Below are positions 1 to 11,800 of a stretch of 64,000 nt of DNA, piece after piece. Within the stretch, counting starts at the first letter, position 1, and every line of letters begins with the position of its first letter. A model generated the notes under the pieces. That model was not told the origin of the DNA. It did no database searches and was given only the letters and a program-made list of their open reading frames with translations. The translations under genes were made by a program, and so were the position numbers. Source of the DNA: Klebsormidium nitens (Eukaryota; Plantae; Klebsormidiophyceae); assembly GCA_000708835.1 (NCBI GenBank), contig DF237121.1:97260-161259 (forward strand), in the 5' to 3' direction.

Positions 1-3000
1 CTGGACGAGTCGGTGCAGAGCGGCTGCAAGGTAAGTGTCCAGTTTTTATTTCTTTTTTGTCTATCGTTGCCGCTTTACTTATGTTGGACTCAAGGCCTTC
101 TGTGCAGTTCAAAAGAGTTCCGTAGTCGTTCATGCGCACTTACGAAGAGCAAGAGGGAAGTTTCGGTGCAAAGCGGCTGCGGGGTTTGAAAGGAAGATTG
201 CCTGCGTCCTCCCAAGGGGTCCGGTCCTGTCCTCTCTGGTCAAGGAAGGGCTTATCTGTAAAATGTGGAATGACCCGAACATCTGTCGCACGTTTCGGTT
301 GGAGTAGGCCAAGGCAGCAGGCAAAAGGGTCAAGCTGGACGCTCTCAAGATTGGCTCTAATTTTTCTGGACGCGACCAAAGGACTGATCCGGGGTATGTG
401 ACACGAGATCAGAACCTCAATTTTGAGATCCCAGTGCTCGATGCCCTCAGAGGTACTTGACATGTTCCGTGGTTCTGGTTTCGCCGACGTCAGCGAAGTC
501 CCTTTTGCTGACCGGTCGTGCTCCCCGCAGGCTCTCTCGAAGATCATCGCCGTGTGCGGCCCCTGCCACCGCATGACCGCCGGCGCCTACTCCTTACTGG
601 CCGTTGTGCTTTATCACACCGGGGACTTCAACCAGGCGACCATCTACCAGCAAAAGGCCCTGGACATCAACGAACGGGAGCTCGGGTTGGACCATCCGGA
701 CACCATGAAGAGCTTTGGGGACCTGGCTGTGTTTTACTACCGCTTGCAGCACACGGAGCTGGCACTGAAGTAAGTTTTCGTTTGATCAAGAGGCTTTGCT
801 GAAAAGGGCTTGTATTTTGCCAAATGGTGATGGTGGCAGTCTTGCAATCGGCTCGCTCAAACCTCGACATTCACATCGGCAACTTCGCAATCTAGGGCTT
901 TGTCGGGCAATCCAAACAAATGCTTCTGGCTGAAGTCACAGAATTTGGCTGAAGTCACAGAACTTCGATCAACAGAGCCCAGAGTTTCCCCACTCTTCTA
1001 CAATTTTGGCTCTATAAAAGCAACTGTCTCGCTCGCCAAGTTTGCAAGGCCTCTTTTCACTCTCTTCCAGCTCGTAAGCCACTGCTTGCTTCTCGCCCTA
1101 GTTCTCTTACTTCGGAAGGTTGCTCAGCCTTTTAATCTTTTTGCTCCTCCTCTTGTGGGCGGGCCCCTTCATCGAGCCCTCCGAAACCCTGCCCTTTGCT
1201 TTTAAGGCTCCTTTCTGCCCCGGTCGTGTGCTCACGCATCAATCAGCTTCGCTGTGCCGCTTCAGGACTCGACGTTGCAATGTTTGTCTCCCCTTAATAT
1301 TCTGACCCATTTGTACCCCCCCACTGCAGATACGTCCACCGTACGCTGTAACTGCTCAACCTGATCTGCGGGTCGGAGCACCCCATCTCCGCGGCCACTT
1401 ACGAGAATCCTACCCCCCCCCGCCCCCCCTGCTTGCTGACCTTTATGTACCCCCCCACTGCAGATACGTCCACCGGGCGTTGTACCTGCTCAACCTGATC
1501 TGCGGGTCGGAGCACCCCAACTCCGCCGCCACGTATATCAACGTCGCGATGATGGAGGAAGGCATGGGCAATGTGCCGATCGCGCTGCGCTACCTGCACG
1601 AGGCGCTCAAGTGCAATGAGCGGCTGCTGGGGGCGGACCATATCCAGGTCAGCCCGAGTGACTTTGGACTGCAAGGTTTTGATTTGAATATTTGCGAGGG
1701 CATTATATTCTGTTTCGCTTCAAATTGCGCGGGAATTCCAGGTAACATTCCTGGTTGCGCTCTGCTACCTGCACGAGGCGCTCAAATGTAATGAGCGGCT
1801 GCTGGGGGCGGACCACATCCAGTTAAGGGGTGTCGCGAATGCTGTTAGGGAGAACTAACGGACCAGGGAACTTCGCAATGGGTTCCTTCGCTTCATTTGT
1901 ATCATATGGAGGCATCCTACTTAGCGTCCAGCACGAAAAAACGAGTTTCCACATCCTCATCCACAGGGCGCTCACAACCCTACTCATAGCTTCCGCTCTC
2001 CCCATGCAGACTGCCGCAGCCTACCACGCCCTCGCGATCGTCCTATCGCTTATGGAGGCATACTCCCTCAGCGTGCAGCACGAAGAAACGACATTCCGCA
2101 TCCTAACCGACAAATTAGGCCCCGACGATTTGAAGACGCAAGACGCGGCCGCGTGGCTCGACTACTTCGACTCGAAGGCGCTGGAGCAACAAGAGGTGGC
2201 GAGAACGGGAGGGCGCAAACCGGACGCTACGATCGCCAGCAAGGGGCACCTCAGGTACGAAGAATGTCATCTCAGGCTTGAAAGTGACCAGATTGTGATC
2301 AAGTGTTGAAGTTTCTTTGAGTGTCGGATTGAAAATTTCTTGTGCGAGACGGGGTTGAGGATAAGAATTCTGTGTTCCTTGATTCGAAGAATAGCAAAAG
2401 CTAGTGGGAAGCGGCACATGCAATGCGGACGTCACTACTGCCAGCAAGTCGACTTAAGAATGGTCCAAGTCAGCGTGGAGCCACTGTCGATTGTCTTCAA
2501 AAAAACTCCAAACATTGTCCGATCGTTTGAACCAATCAATTCAGGGAAAAGGAAGATACGTGAGACATCCGTTTTTGACAGCTTGGAGAGTTCAGAATTC
2601 ATCTTTAACAATGAAGAAGTTCGCCGCATCTAGCTCTTTTGGCCCCTGCAGCGCCCCTGGCCTTTTCGATATTATTAGCAAGGAGGCTTTTGCTTTCCAT
2701 GCCAACCATGTCTCGTTTTTCTTCCGTCCCCTCTCAAGAAGGTAAAAATAATCCGGAGAATAGTCAGAATAGTTAAAATATATTCTGAGTCTGATTCTGA
2801 GTTTGTGTTCAACTCATTTCTGACTTAGCAGCTGGGCAATCCGCTCAACTTCATCATTTAAAGAGGGCGCCGGGGGACCGGTCCCCCCTCCAGCGACCAG
2901 ATAGCGCCGCATGGCGCAGTCTTGGTCGCTGAGGGCAGATTTCAAGATGGAATGTGCGCCGTGCGTTGAAATTTTCCCTCAGGACTCAGATGCACGTGTG

Positions 3001-6000
3001 TGCCTTGAAATCTGACGCCCTCTTTAAGATGTTTCTTCTAGGAAAATAGAGATATACTCACTCCCGTCCTTTATCTGAAAGTTGGGAGAAGTCACGAGTC
3101 CTACTCTGACTTTTCTTTCTGCTTCCGCAGCGTGAACGATCTGCTCAAGTTAACCAACAGCGAAGCCTTCTCTTTCCAGGAAAAAGGCGTCTCAGTCACT
3201 TCCGCCCCCGTCTCCATGCAGGAATCAAGAGTCAAAAAGATTTGAGTTTGAGTCACAATTTTCTCTCTTTCTCTATGCAGCGTGGACGATCTGCTTAACT
3301 TCATCAACAAGGAGGCCGACCAAAAGGAGGGCGCGCACAAGCGCGCCAAGCGCCCCCCGCAGCCCATCTACCAGCGCTTCCGGGCCGCGGTTAGCCCCAA
3401 ACCGGCGCCGGTTAGCGAAACCCCGGACTCGTCCTCTTCCGAGACGGGCAGCGAGACGGAGAGCGAGGAGCCGGTCTCCAGCCAGGAGGGGGTGACGTCA
3501 GAGGAGGAGGCTGACGTCGTCAGTGCTGACGTGGCGGCGCCAGAGCCGCCGGCCGTTGCCGTGCCGGAGGTGGATGACGGGGAGTGGCAGGTGAGTGCCT
3601 GGTTATGGCGGTGGTTACATCTGGTGGTTTCTTTATCCCACAATGATCTCGAGCGCCTGTGCGAAATCAAATCTGGTGTACTGATCTAATCCTGCTAACC
3701 TTCGCTTAAACGTTCCAGGCAAGTGGCTTTTCGCTGCAGCATCAACTCCCGTTTCCGGCATGACTTGTGGTACGTCCTTAATCGTCCATCGTTGATTTGC
3801 GGAGGTTGCATACACGATTGCGACTGCTTGATGGTTTGCTGGCATTCCTCCCACATGAAAGAGATTTTTTTCTTTATATTCAGAATTTTTTGGGTCAACA
3901 ATCCCGGGGGGGTTAGAACATTATAGCTTCTGAATTAAAGTCGTCAGAATCGAACTTTGTGCTAAATCCGAAGCTGAGGCTACTGCCGGTGGTTTGACCT
4001 CAGCTCAGACCTTGATTACGGTATATGCTGAAGTGTTGAGCTTACGTCACTGTTATTCAACCCTTTGACGATTCGCTTGAAAAGGGCGCCAAACAATAAT
4101 TACTGGCAGTCTGGTTTGAAGGGAGTTTTGAACTTTCTTTCGCCCTCGTTGCAGGAGGCCACCCCTCGCTCTAAGGCCCAGAAACTCGCCCACTCATCAA
4201 ACCCGCCCCCCCAAAACCGGGCATTCAGCCCTCGGGGGAACTTCTCTGCAAACCGGGGCGCCTTCTCTGGTGCTCATAACCGGGCAGGCTTTGTGCGGGA
4301 CGTAAGCAACCGTTACCCCCGCCCTAACCCTCGCGAGAACGGGTTGCGTTTACCGGGGGTTAGGCCCGGTTACAAACCCGGCCCCAAGAACAGCCACTCC
4401 CCTAGAAGCGTGTTGCCTAAGCCGGCGCTCCGGGTTAACAAACCGGTAGAATTAACCGAGCAGCCCCGGGCCGGGCCGCAGAGCTCGGGGGATCCCCCCG
4501 GGGACGGCCTTCTGACGAGGCCCTCGAGCGAGGGCCCTGTTAAAGAGGATTCGGTTGCTGCGGCCCCCAGCGAAACCGCCGCAGCAGCTCCAACAGGGCC
4601 TCTTGAAACAGAAGAAAATTCGAAGGATGCGGTGTCTCCGGCCTCGGGGGGTGGGAATAGCCTCAAGCCCGTGAAAAGCTGGTCGTTCAAGGATATAGTC
4701 ATGGCCAAAGCCCGGAAGACTGCCCCGGGCGTGCCTACTCCACTGATTATTCCGGCGGCAGGCAACACCCAGGGCGAGAGCTCCGGAGCGGAAACCAAGG
4801 CCCTGTCGACCGTCGAGGCGGCTGACAATCAGGGGTCGGACCCGGCCGCTGGGGCCGCAACAGGGCCTCCCGATCCGGAGGCTGTACTGAAAACAGACAA
4901 AAACCAGACGAAGATAGACGTAGAAGCACCGCTTGTTGAAAAGGTCGCCTCTACAGCGGCCGAAGCTGAGGCAGAGGACTCCCCACTGCCGTCGGAACGC
5001 TCCGACCGGTCTGTACCTGCGTCCGAACCCTCGGTACCTGCGTCCGAAACGTGCCACGTGGCGTCCGACCCCTCCCCTTCGGCATCAATGACGACGTCCG
5101 AACGGTCCGAGAGTCCTGCGCTGTCCGAGTCCTCCTCGCAGCGCTCCGTTCCGCTCACGCCGTTCTGCAAGAAATCGGACACGCCCCCCCTTCCCCAGAT
5201 CACGATCCCTGTGCCCCTCCCGGGCCCTGCTGTCGTCCCAGTCACTCCCGTGCGCAGGTTCCCGTCCCCTGCCCCCGCGCAACCCGCGTTCCAACAGGGC
5301 CCGCCGCAGTTTGCGTACCCCCCCCTCCTGCCCACCCCCCAGTTCCGAGTCCAATACCCCCTGCCGAGCAACAATTACCACTACCAAAACGTGAACGGGG
5401 TCCACGTGCCGGTGCCAATGCAAACCCCCCCCAGCCCGCACTACGGACACCCTGTCTACCCGCCCCCCCCCACCATGTTCCCGCAATACAGCCCCCCCCC
5501 GCAGTGGAGCCCCCAGCCGAGCGCGCGGCCGTTCCGGCCGAACCCCCTCGCCGTGGAATTCAAACCGTCCGGTTCCCCCCCACTGCAAAACCCCTCCCCG
5601 AGCGGAGCAGCGTCGCCTACGCTCAACCCTGCCGCAGCGGAATTTGTCCCACGCACGGTTGGGAAGACGGTGACGTCACCGAAAACGGAGGACACGGTTG
5701 CGATGACGTCAGCCAAAGTGGAGAGCGTGGGAGGGGATGAAGTCGACAAGGAGGCAGATGCGGGTGCGAGCCCGGTTGAAAACGAAGAGAAAGTGGAGGA
5801 TAGCGGGATTACACCGAACGAGGACGAGAAAACCGATGGGGTCCTGAGCATTGACGACGAAGAAGCGGCCGCAGTTGAGGAAAATGGGCAGGGAGAATTG
5901 GACGGGGAGAACGCTGCGCCAATTGAAGAAAAGGAAGCGGCTCCGGAATCGAGCGAGATTGCGCAACCGGTGAGTCAGACAGCCCCGACTGCTCCTGGTG

Positions 6001-6995
6001 CATACCTGCGCAAGCTTTATTTGAGCTTTTCGAAGGGCCCAGGACACGTCCGCAGAAAGGCTTCGCACCTGTTTCCGCAATGCTCAGCCAGACCGCAGGT
6101 GCTCAGGGTCGACAAAACACTGCTGATTTTACGGCTTGGATCAAGCTAAGTAGTTTTAAACTTTCTGTGCCCATATCACTTCCCGGCCGCTTTTGCTGCT
6201 TTTGCTTCCAACGTACACCACACTGCTGATCCGTAACCCTTCACTCCTCCCCAGTCTGTCGTTACCGCGAGCCACCCGGACGTCGATGACGTCACCGCGG
6301 CAGTGCTCTCGGATGCCAAGGCGGCGGCGGAAGCCGCAATCAAGGCGGCCCTCGCTAAGGGGGGCTCAGGCACTTACGGTAAGCTTTTCCGCTTTCATTA
6401 CAGCCCCGTGGTCTCCTTTTCCCTTTCTTTTTGCTGGCTCTGCGCCCAGTGGGTCAGCATTACAGGTGCGATCACGCTTGATCGCGAAACGCAAAACCAT
6501 GTAGTACTAGTATTGATGCTTGTCATACGCGGTCAAAACTGCAAGATTGATTGCAAGGCAAGTTTGTATTCACCCTTACCGGCCTGCCTTTGGTTGCAGT
6601 CAGCCTTCGAAACTTTTCATAGCAAAAAGTCGTCGATTTCCCGCTGTCCATTGACTTTGACTCACCGTCTCTCTACGTCATCCCTAAACTGAATGCGGTG
6701 GGAAGCAGATGCTTCGCTTGTAACTGAGTTTGAGATGCCTTGTTGCAAGCATCATCGCCCTACAACACGTGTATACTTATTCCAACCGTCAAGCCTCTAC
6801 ACAACCGTTCGGGAACTTAAGGCTATTCAAAGCTGACTGTGCATCCGCGTGGCTATTCCAGGGTCTCTTGGGGGGTTGAAATTGTCTGCGGACGCACCCC
6901 CCTTCCAGCCGAGCGCCCTCATGTCCCGTACCAAGAGTTGTGGCTCCCTGTCACAGGACGGGGAGAGAGACATGGTCTCTGTGAGCGTCCGTTGA
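1..6995 (+). CDS. REC: CLU-domain/TPR protein of the plant REDUCED CHLOROPLAST COVERAGE (REC/TSS) subfamily, 3' part only
   Basis: Phase-consistent GT-AG exons: <1-30, 531-769, 1464-1647, 2010-2254, 3281-3590, 4155-5969, 6255-6378, 6862-6995 (TGA). The spliced TPR region ([55 protein letters not shown]...[12 protein letters not shown]...[14 protein letters not shown]) matches what I know of Arabidopsis REC proteins. It is followed by a long Pro/Ser/Glu-rich disordered tail. The last two exons are less certain. Confidence 0.9.
1311..1960 (+). repeat. Intronic degenerate copies (echoes) of REC exon edges
   Basis: 1311-1410 copies the intron end + AG + about 80 nt of exon 1464, with an in-frame TAA. 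1756-1826 copies the last about 65 nt of that exon with the donor changed to CAG|TT. 1871-1960 copies part of exon 2010. Further copies lie at 162-181 and 3108-3160. Confidence 0.85.
2862..3023. mobile_element. 162-bp MITE flanked by TTAA (Kolobok/piggyBac-type target) in a REC intron
   Basis: TTAA(2858-2861)|AGAGGGCG...CGCCCTCT|TTAA(3024-3027). Internal inverted repeats AGATTTCAAG/CTTGAAATCT and AGCGACCA/TGGTCGCT. Confidence 0.65.
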
Positions 6996-8881
6996 GTTTT
7001 AGCTAGACTTCGCTAGGAAGTTGAGTTGTGCGCCCTTGAGAACGCCTCCGCAATTTTGGGTTGCCTTGCATTGAGCTTAGCCTAGAAGCGCAGATCAAGT
7101 CAAGATTGGGGTGTTGCATGCTCACATGTTGCCAGGGCAATCGTGGGGGTTATACGGAGTGTACGACTAGTGTATTGCGGCCAAAACTAGATTCATTGAC
7201 CCGCCTTTTATAGTATAGTTGATATGTTAGCTAGGAGGGTAAACAGGAATTCTTCGCTTCTAGGTAGCTTACTTTTGACCGTTTTTAAAATGCTCTGGGT
7301 TGAGGGTTGTGGACGGGTGCAGACTCAAGAGAGCTAAGTCTCATTCGTAAATTGAACTTTGATCAGAACACCTGGAACTGCAAGGGGGCTTGATTGAGGA
7401 CGGTACAAAAAGCTAGTCCGAACAAGACTCAATGAGTCAAGCGGTCACTTGCTAAGTCTGCAAAGGTCCGGGCAATCCAGTCAATGCATGCCTTCACGCT
7501 GTGCAAGGGGGCCCCCGGGGGCAACCCAGACCCTAATCTTTCTTCCGGGCCATGGAACTCAGTTTGAGTCGCTAGTTGAGTTTCTATCGAACTACTGCCT
7601 GACCATTGATCTGGTGGCTTGAGTGCATGACATATTAGCGGGAAGTTTTGGTGCAGTTGCATGTGTGCATTTGCGACAGGTCCGGTCATACTGACCACCA
7701 GACAGGCTAAGTTCGCTACTAAGTTGGCGGCTGCCCATGTGTAACGTACGGTATATCGTGGAATATAACTCCCCATTTGCGGGCAGAATGATTCAGTGAT
7801 TCAGTGACAATCAACTCTAGCACGCGTCACAGGCTCTGTTCGCAAACAGTCTGGGTCGGCCTCTGCGCAACTGGCCGGCGCCACCGAGATTGTGCCAAAT
7901 TCTTTTGGGGAATGGGGGAGCTATCATATACTTGATTATTTTGTCGATTGGGTACGTACTGGCCGCAAGCCTAATGATTACCAAGGGCTGCCCATATTAA
8001 TATCAAATTGAGAGCGGCGGCAGTCAAAGTATATCTGATTGATTGATAGTCGGACGGTGAGCTTTGCGGACTCAGGCGGCTCTCCGGTATTGAAATCCAA
8101 GGCCAGCCGCGCTGGTAGCTAGTATATCATTCCATCGAAGCCATTGCATGACACAGGCTGGCTTAAATGGCCAGTGCCAAAAGGCCCGCCGTAGCTGAGA
8201 TCAGCGCATCCGGCTTTGGAAGCTTATCATACATGCTCGTCTAGTATGCCGATCTAGCTTTCTGATCAACTAGTGGCCGGGCCACAGCGCGCGGTGATTA
8301 ATCACATACCAAATCGAAAAATCGCATGTATATGTCGCGACAAACAAAAGCAATTTGCTTATACGCTAATTCATGATCCACAATACTCAAAGACAACGCT
8401 TCGCTTTGATAAAGACAACAAACCCAGTGTTGAGATATCTATTGGCGCATATGTGAACTCTCAATAAAGTTGCGATCACTAGTACGAGCAACGTCTGTTA
8501 TCTTTGAAGACTTTTGTAAATGCAGTAATTGGCGCAAGACGAATTCATCAGTTCAATGCGCGAAACACTAGTTTCGATTCTCAGCTAGCTAGTAGAGCCT
8601 GTTAATTAACCAATCGCCGCGTGCGCGCGTGAGCCTTCACGGCGACTAGTAAAGTTTACGACGGTTGGCACGGTGGGCCGGGCCCGGGGTTTCGTGGCAA
8701 GCGCAGGCGGCCGCGCGCCGGCCGCGGCCGTCGAGTCCGGCCGTTGAGCTTGGCCTTGTGTACCTAGCTAGCTTGTTCAGCTGCGTGCAAATACGGTAGT
8801 CTTACTGGTGCGCCTAGCCTTTCTCCAAAGCGCCGTCGGACGTCCTTCATCCGCCAGGCTGCCAGTCGAGTGCTGTCCGCA

Positions 8882-11800
8882 ATGGAGGCGCCTCTCGAGC
8901 CGTCCGCACTGTCATCATATCTGAGTATCCAAAAGGCTCTGACGGCGGTCAGAAAGGACGGGAAAGGGAACCAGCTGGGCTGGGTCCCCTTCCGTCCCGA
9001 GCAACTGGAGTACTACCCGGAGAAGCCTGCGGACTGGGAGTCTGCTTGTGAGCAGCAGTGCGAAAAGCTGGGCATCGACTTTGGCGAAATAAAAAGTCAC
9101 CTGGAGTGGGCGACGGGACTTGCGGGGTCTATTGAGAAGGGCCAGAAGGCGTTCTGCTACGGCGCGGTGCATCGGTTTCCGGATCATGACGTCAGGCACG
9201 CGCAGCTGGTCGTCAACCCGACCGCGGCTGCGCCTGCAAAGAAAGCGAAGGCAAGGTCTCAAGTTTCGAGGTCGCAAGTCTTCAGATCTCAAGTCTAAAA
9301 AATAAGGTCTCAAATCTCAAGTCTCAAATCTCTAGGAGGTCAGAAGTGCTCGATATGATATTCACCTGCAAGATCTGTGTAGGCCACGCATATCATTGGT
9401 CTATTCCTGTCGAAAAGCATGGTCTCTCCAGGCCGTTTTCTAGTGATCATGATGGCTTTTGCAAGTCGGAAACAAAGTTGAGTTTGTTCACCTTAGAAAC
9501 TCCAGCATCGGGTTGGCTTTTCAAGTCATTGTCTCTCCCGGAGTATGCTGCAATGAACACAGTAGAATGGCTGTCCTTGCATTTCACAACGTGTTTTGTT
9601 CAGAAATTGTACGCTCCGGAAAGGAAGCTGCAGCAACGACTGGGACTGGCACAAGTCCTTCCCGTCCTCGAACATTGCAAGCAGAAGCCAGTACTTGATT
9701 GCTTCATCATTTGTCTCTCGGAACTTTCCGGTTTTATCATTTTCACAAGTTCGGTTACGGAGGTTTGATCAGCTCCGGTTGGTAGAAGAGCAGACAATCT
9801 AACCAGTCTTGCTTAAGAGTTCTCTCGCCCTGTGTCCCTGTTGTTGTATCAGATTGGCAAAGGATTTGACCAAGACAATAGCCTTATACTCTTCCAGACC
9901 AGACCTAGACTTTCGAAGACCTGTCCCTGCCCCCTCAGTCACCTCAGTCACCTCCAGCCATGCCTTCCAGTGGTTCCATTTTTGGACATTCTCTCTCCTT
10001 CATGTCGTATTGGAACCAAAGTCGTGGAGCTTTTGTTGTTCCTGCAGCTCGAGGGCGGTGAGAAAGGGCGTTCTTTCGAGGTTAACTTAACCGACTTTGA
10101 CGTGGTCGCCCTCCTGCCGCACTGCTCCCCTGCTCCTTTTGGCGACCTGCTCACAGAGTCGACCAAGCTGGACCCCGACGTCCGGAGAGCGCTCGAAGCG
10201 CACTGCGACGTGAAGCTGGACTACAAGTACGAAGGCCGAGAAGAATATTCCTTTTCTTACCGGCAGAGGGAGACGAAGTATCCCCGGGTAAGGGAGCCGC
10301 GCGTCAAGAGCATTAATGCTTTTCACAGGAGTTTTCAGATACTAACCGTGGCTGGTTATGGGCTGGTAAAAAGTGGTTGATTGTCCAATGACCAGATTTA
10401 GGCGGTAATCAGCCCGGAAACAAGGTTACGGCCTGGTGATTTGTCCAATAACGGGAAAATCAGGTCTGATAATTAAGCCTGGTTAGCAACCAAGCGATCC
10501 TGTGTTGTTTTCACTCCCCAACATTACAAGTAGAGAATGACAAGCTCACTGCACATTGCAGTTGATTGCGTACTGTGCCCTTGTCGCTTTGAGAACTTTG
10601 TTTCCGGTGCGCAAGGCACCTGATGAATATGGTCTGAAAAAGCTCAGCGTCAATAGTCGTGCATACAGTGCACGAAGCTTCAAGCAAAGAATTTTGTCTC
10701 TTCCCTCTTGTCTCTCTTCTCTTCTCAAGATCGCTCTCTTTACACTTTGCCCAGGAGCCCGTCTTCGAGCATCATTTGAAGGCGGCCGTGACTCTCTTCT
10801 CAGTTTTACATGTTGCTCTGCAGCCGGTTTTCAAGCATCATTTGAAAGGGGCCGCAATCGTCTTCTGAAGCCTCGCTCACTTTAATGTTGCTCTGCAGCC
10901 CGTCTTCGAGCATTATTTGAAGGAGGCCGTGAAGGATCACCTGAGCCATGGGCAGGAGGTCAAGCTGGTGCCCTACAAGCTCAACATCTACGGTCAGTTT
11001 GTAGACAATGCACTTCAAAGTTGAAACATTCGTTCCCAGTCACAACTTTAAACAAGAAGCAGGAAAGCAAAATACGGACAAGCGACAGCCGAGGCCTGTG
11101 CATCCGAGTCGTCTTACACGCGTCTTTCTACCGAAGATTCTTGACAGAAGAAGCAGTTTGAAAGAAGTTCATCTCTCGACACTTCGAACTCTCGACAGGT
11201 TCCAAGAAACAAGGGGTATCGCGTGATTCAACTTTGTGACGTTAAAAGCTTTCATCCAGCCAGTCTCAGCTTCGCCGATCGGTCGACACAGAACTGTGTA
11301 CACCTTGGGTTAGTTCTATTCATAACGGTCAAGAAAAATGTCTTTTGCGGTCACATGTACACCTGTTCAAGCGCGGAACGTAGTACTAGTGCAAAGCCAG
11401 AGAGTTTGCTGGTGGAGGAAGAATTGCGCGTCTTGTAGAGGGCTCAATGAACTTGCGAATTGTTAAAGAAGTCTTCTGCAGCAATCAAGCCCTCCCTTCT
11501 GACCGGACCCATTTAACGATTAATCAACACACATCGCTGATCAGGGTGGTAGAGCAAGCGCACCGGCTAACCAATCCCCAACCAGGCTTTTTAAACGGTT
11601 TGTTTGCCCAAGAGAGGGCGACTTTCTCAAGCCTCAGACCGACACGCCCGTCGGGACCAGATTTCATTTAAGCAACACGTATCGATTAAAGTATTAGATC
11701 AAGGGCACCTAATCGGAATTCCTAACCAGGGTTCTTTAACCGATTTTTTTCCCTGTCCAGGAGAGGGCGACTTTTTCAACCTCGCACCGATCAATCAACC

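Noticed and set aside
1830-2009. ORF 1830-2309 upstream part with 'SVQHEKT' as a duplicated coding repeat
   Set aside because: It is an intronic echo; the conserved REC sequence HIQ|TAAAYH joins 1647 directly to 2010.
2435-2485. GCCAGCAAG...CAGCGTGGA as a spliced exon-exon junction copied into the intron (would imply an mRNA template)
   Set aside because: The two halves are separated by extra sequence and CAGCGTGGA is equally explained by the genomic acceptor; too short to support.
4065-4154. N-terminal part of the 694-aa ORF and its tail after 5969
   Set aside because: Intronic read-through. The acceptor at 4154 (EWQ|EATP) and donor at 5969 give a phase-consistent REC protein.
4370-6080. 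Multiple long antisense and alternate-frame ORFs over the big REC exon
   Set aside because: Expected shadows of GC-rich, low-complexity coding sequence; no independent signals.
8612-8650. Helitron-like 3' end (GC hairpin + CTAGT)
   Set aside because: No spacer between stem and CTAG, no identifiable 5' TC end, and CTAG is common in this region.
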